64,000 nucleotides of DNA, taken from Candidatus Omnitrophota bacterium. GTDB taxonomy: Bacteria > Omnitrophota > Gorgyraeia > JAFGHF01. The notes beneath the pieces were generated by a model. The model saw nothing but the letters and a program-made list of their open reading frames with translations, made no database searches and was not told where the DNA came from. This document shows, in pieces, positions 48,101 to 51,100 of the stretch. The stretch is from the NCBI GenBank assembly GCA_042571705.1, contig JBHPFV010000001.1:46630-110629 (forward strand). Direction: 5' to 3'. Numbering within the stretch: position 1 is the stretch's first letter; each line of letters opens with the position of its first letter. Both the position numbers and the translations under genes were made by a program.

Positions 48101-51100
48101 CTTAGATGGTGCCGATTCTTTTACAGATCCGCTCATACCCAACATAGCCGGTGCGTTTCGGCAGGGGGTGAATCGGGGGAATGAGTCTGAGTCCATTGGA
48201 GAAAGTCAAAATTCAAGACCTGACCCCATTTCTGGTAGAGGGGACGGCAGGAGAGGAAGAAGTGAACCCGTCCCCAATACTACTGCAGACAATAAGGGGA
48301 AATCTTTTCTTGCTTTTTGGAGTGGCGGTAAAGATAGCTACTTTGCCGTTAAGTGGGCATTAGAACAGGAGTTGAGGGTTGCTTATTTATTTAATGTTTG
48401 CTATCGCAAGCCGCCGAATGGCAAATTGATGTCTTTATGCACTCTTCCTGTCGACTTAATATATTTACAGTCCAGAGCTTTGGGTATTCCTTTGATTACA
48501 AGCATTATAAATGTAAATGATATGGCATATCCAGGAGTGGGCTATGTGCAACTTTCTACCAATACTTTAAAGAGGTTTGTTAAGAGTTCAAAGAGTAATG
48601 TCGATGGCATAATTGCCGGAGACATGTTGCAGGACAACAAAGATGAATTAGAAAGAATTTGTGCCAGCTTGGGCATTAAACTTATAATGCCACTTGAACA
48701 TCAAACTCAATCGGAAATCTTATTAGAAGCCGTAAAGTCCGAAAATAGGATAGTTATTTCTTCAGTTCAAAAATCATCTATGGAATTGTCTGAGTTCTTT
48801 AGGGGTGGATTCGACAGGCGTTATATTGATTATTTGAGACGGCATCATAGTGATGTCTTAGGTAGTAACGGCGAATATCATACTATAGTGCTCAAGGGGA
48901 GTAAGTATGTCAATGGCTGGATAGAAATAATAAATGAAACATTTGAGATCCACAGAGATTGGTGGGTACGCAGCTTTAATGAATATCGTTTTGTTCCCAA
49001 AGCGACGAGAGCTGAGGACAAAACACTCAATTCCGCCCAAAAAAATGATTTACCCGATTCTGAAAGTAGTGCCCTATCCGTCTTGGGGCTGGTTGGAGTC
49101 GGATACTGGGTAGTGGCGGCTGTGGCGGCGTTAATTTTTGTCATCATCGCCAAAAGGGACACTTTCCCGTTTGGATCTGGCCCAGCTTCCCGATTGAATC
49201 CAGACCTGGTCCTACCGATAGGGGTGGGGGTTGGGGTGGCGTTGGTCTTCATGGCGCAAGAGGGGGCGCTTATTGGCGGGATGTTCCTGACCGCAATGAT
49301 GGGTGGGATATATGACATTGGTGGGAAAAAAGTGTCTGTTCCTAATTTACTAATGTTAAAACAACGTTTGGATACGCTAGCCACAATTAAAGACAAAAGG
49401 AAAGCCGTAGAATTCGCTCGTAGTTTTGGGTTGGATTTAAGGCCCAGTATTTATGGAATGTTGCATCCGCTTCATATCGGTCATTCAAGGGCAGTCCATC
49501 GGCAGATTTCTGACAATGACGACACAGAAGCTAAAATAGCTGTCGATGGAGCCGGAAGTGTGGACCTGACAACAATTGTACATTGTACCGGAGCGCGTGA
49601 AATTTATAAGATAGATCATCAGAGTACCTACACTATTGAACATTGGCTTGGAAGCTGGGATTCTTTTGGGACTCCAAGAGACCCATTACTGAATCGTTAC
49701 ACTGATCCGTATGCGGGATATAAATTTATCAATGGGTACGGCGAATCTGGAGAATATGGGACCTTTTATAATCTAGCACAATTAGTTGCTGAACTAAAAG
49801 CATTGGGTGTTGAAAGAAGAGATATTGATACAGTAACAGAAACAGTGCAAAATGATGCATGGAAATGGTACGACGATAAAAAGGGCGAGAGGACATTTTT
49901 AAGAGAATTAAAATTTTTGTGGAGTCCAACAAGCAATGAATACGACAAGCAGCCTCACACTGTACATTTTATAAAAGGAGACATTACCGATCCGAGCACC
50001 TATTTAAGCAAGATCGAACATTTAAAAAGTAAAGTTGATTTTTACTACCAAAGAGCAGGATTTTCCGCAGCTCGATATTATGGGAACTATATACCCAAAA
50101 TATTAGAGTTGCTTAAACCCGGAGCTTTTATAATTACAGATGATTATTATTTAAGAGATGACGGAGAAGTCTTGGTAGTAGAACCGGTGGATTTGTCCCT
50201 TGTTTTGCAGGAAAAGAAACTAGATTGTTATAAAGTACCTTTATCGCCTAAAGTTGAGGCCTGGCGGAAAGCTATCTTGAAATTTTTAAAACAGACTATT
50301 GTCAATAGGTTATTGAAAGGCGAAGTTGGATACGGGTGCGACTTAAAAATTTACCAAAGGACTGCAAATATTGGACCAACCCAATCAACCTCTGCCATCT
50401 TTGTTCCCGGCCTGTTCGCCTTTGGCGAAACTATGCCGGTCCTGGGGATGGGTGTGGGGGGCTGGATGGTGCTGGCTGTGGGTCTAGGTATTTTGCTCTG
50501 GAGGGACACCTTCCCGTTTAGATCTGGCCCAGCTTCCCGATTGAATCCGGACCTGGTCCTACCGATAGGGGTGGGGGTTGGGGTGGTGGCGTTGTTCTTG
50601 GTGGCGCCAGAGGGAGGTTTTCTGGGCGGGATGTTCCTGGCCGCAATGATGGGTGGGATTAATGACGTTAGTGGAAAAAAAGAGTCTGTGCCTAATATTT
50701 TGAGTGAATTGCAGGGCATGATTCGACAGGCAGATAGAGAGGATGAATGGGAGTTAATTGTTTCCTGTACCGGGTTAAGAAAAAATATTGTTGCATTTGT
50801 ACTTAAAAGAGAAATTCCACTTCAAGCTGTGCCTTCGGTTGCCCAAGCTATAGCGCGTTGCGGCTTTTCAAAAACAGAAGAAGCCCTGAAATTGGTTAAT
50901 CCAGAAGCCGCGGTTTCAGCTGCTATTGCTATTCAATATGTTGGAAGGCCCAAAGTAAAGCAGCTTATGCGGCGTAATATTCCACAGGAAAAACTCGGTG
51001 CAGTTGCTGATCTGATAAAATATTATGGCCAAAATGCAGAAAGATTATTTAATCCAGCTTACAGAAAAGAAAGTTTTGTTACTGCACATGCATATGAGAC

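Noticed and set aside
8550-50696. Junction repeats as a CRISPR array or a canonical integron attC array
   Set aside because: Spacing is irregular (0.1-3.5 kb), the repeats are translated in frame, and they are too long and degenerate for CRISPR. No cas genes, integrase, Pc/attI or GTTRRRY/RYYYAAC core sites were seen. The cassette-like logic is nevertheless noted in the findings.
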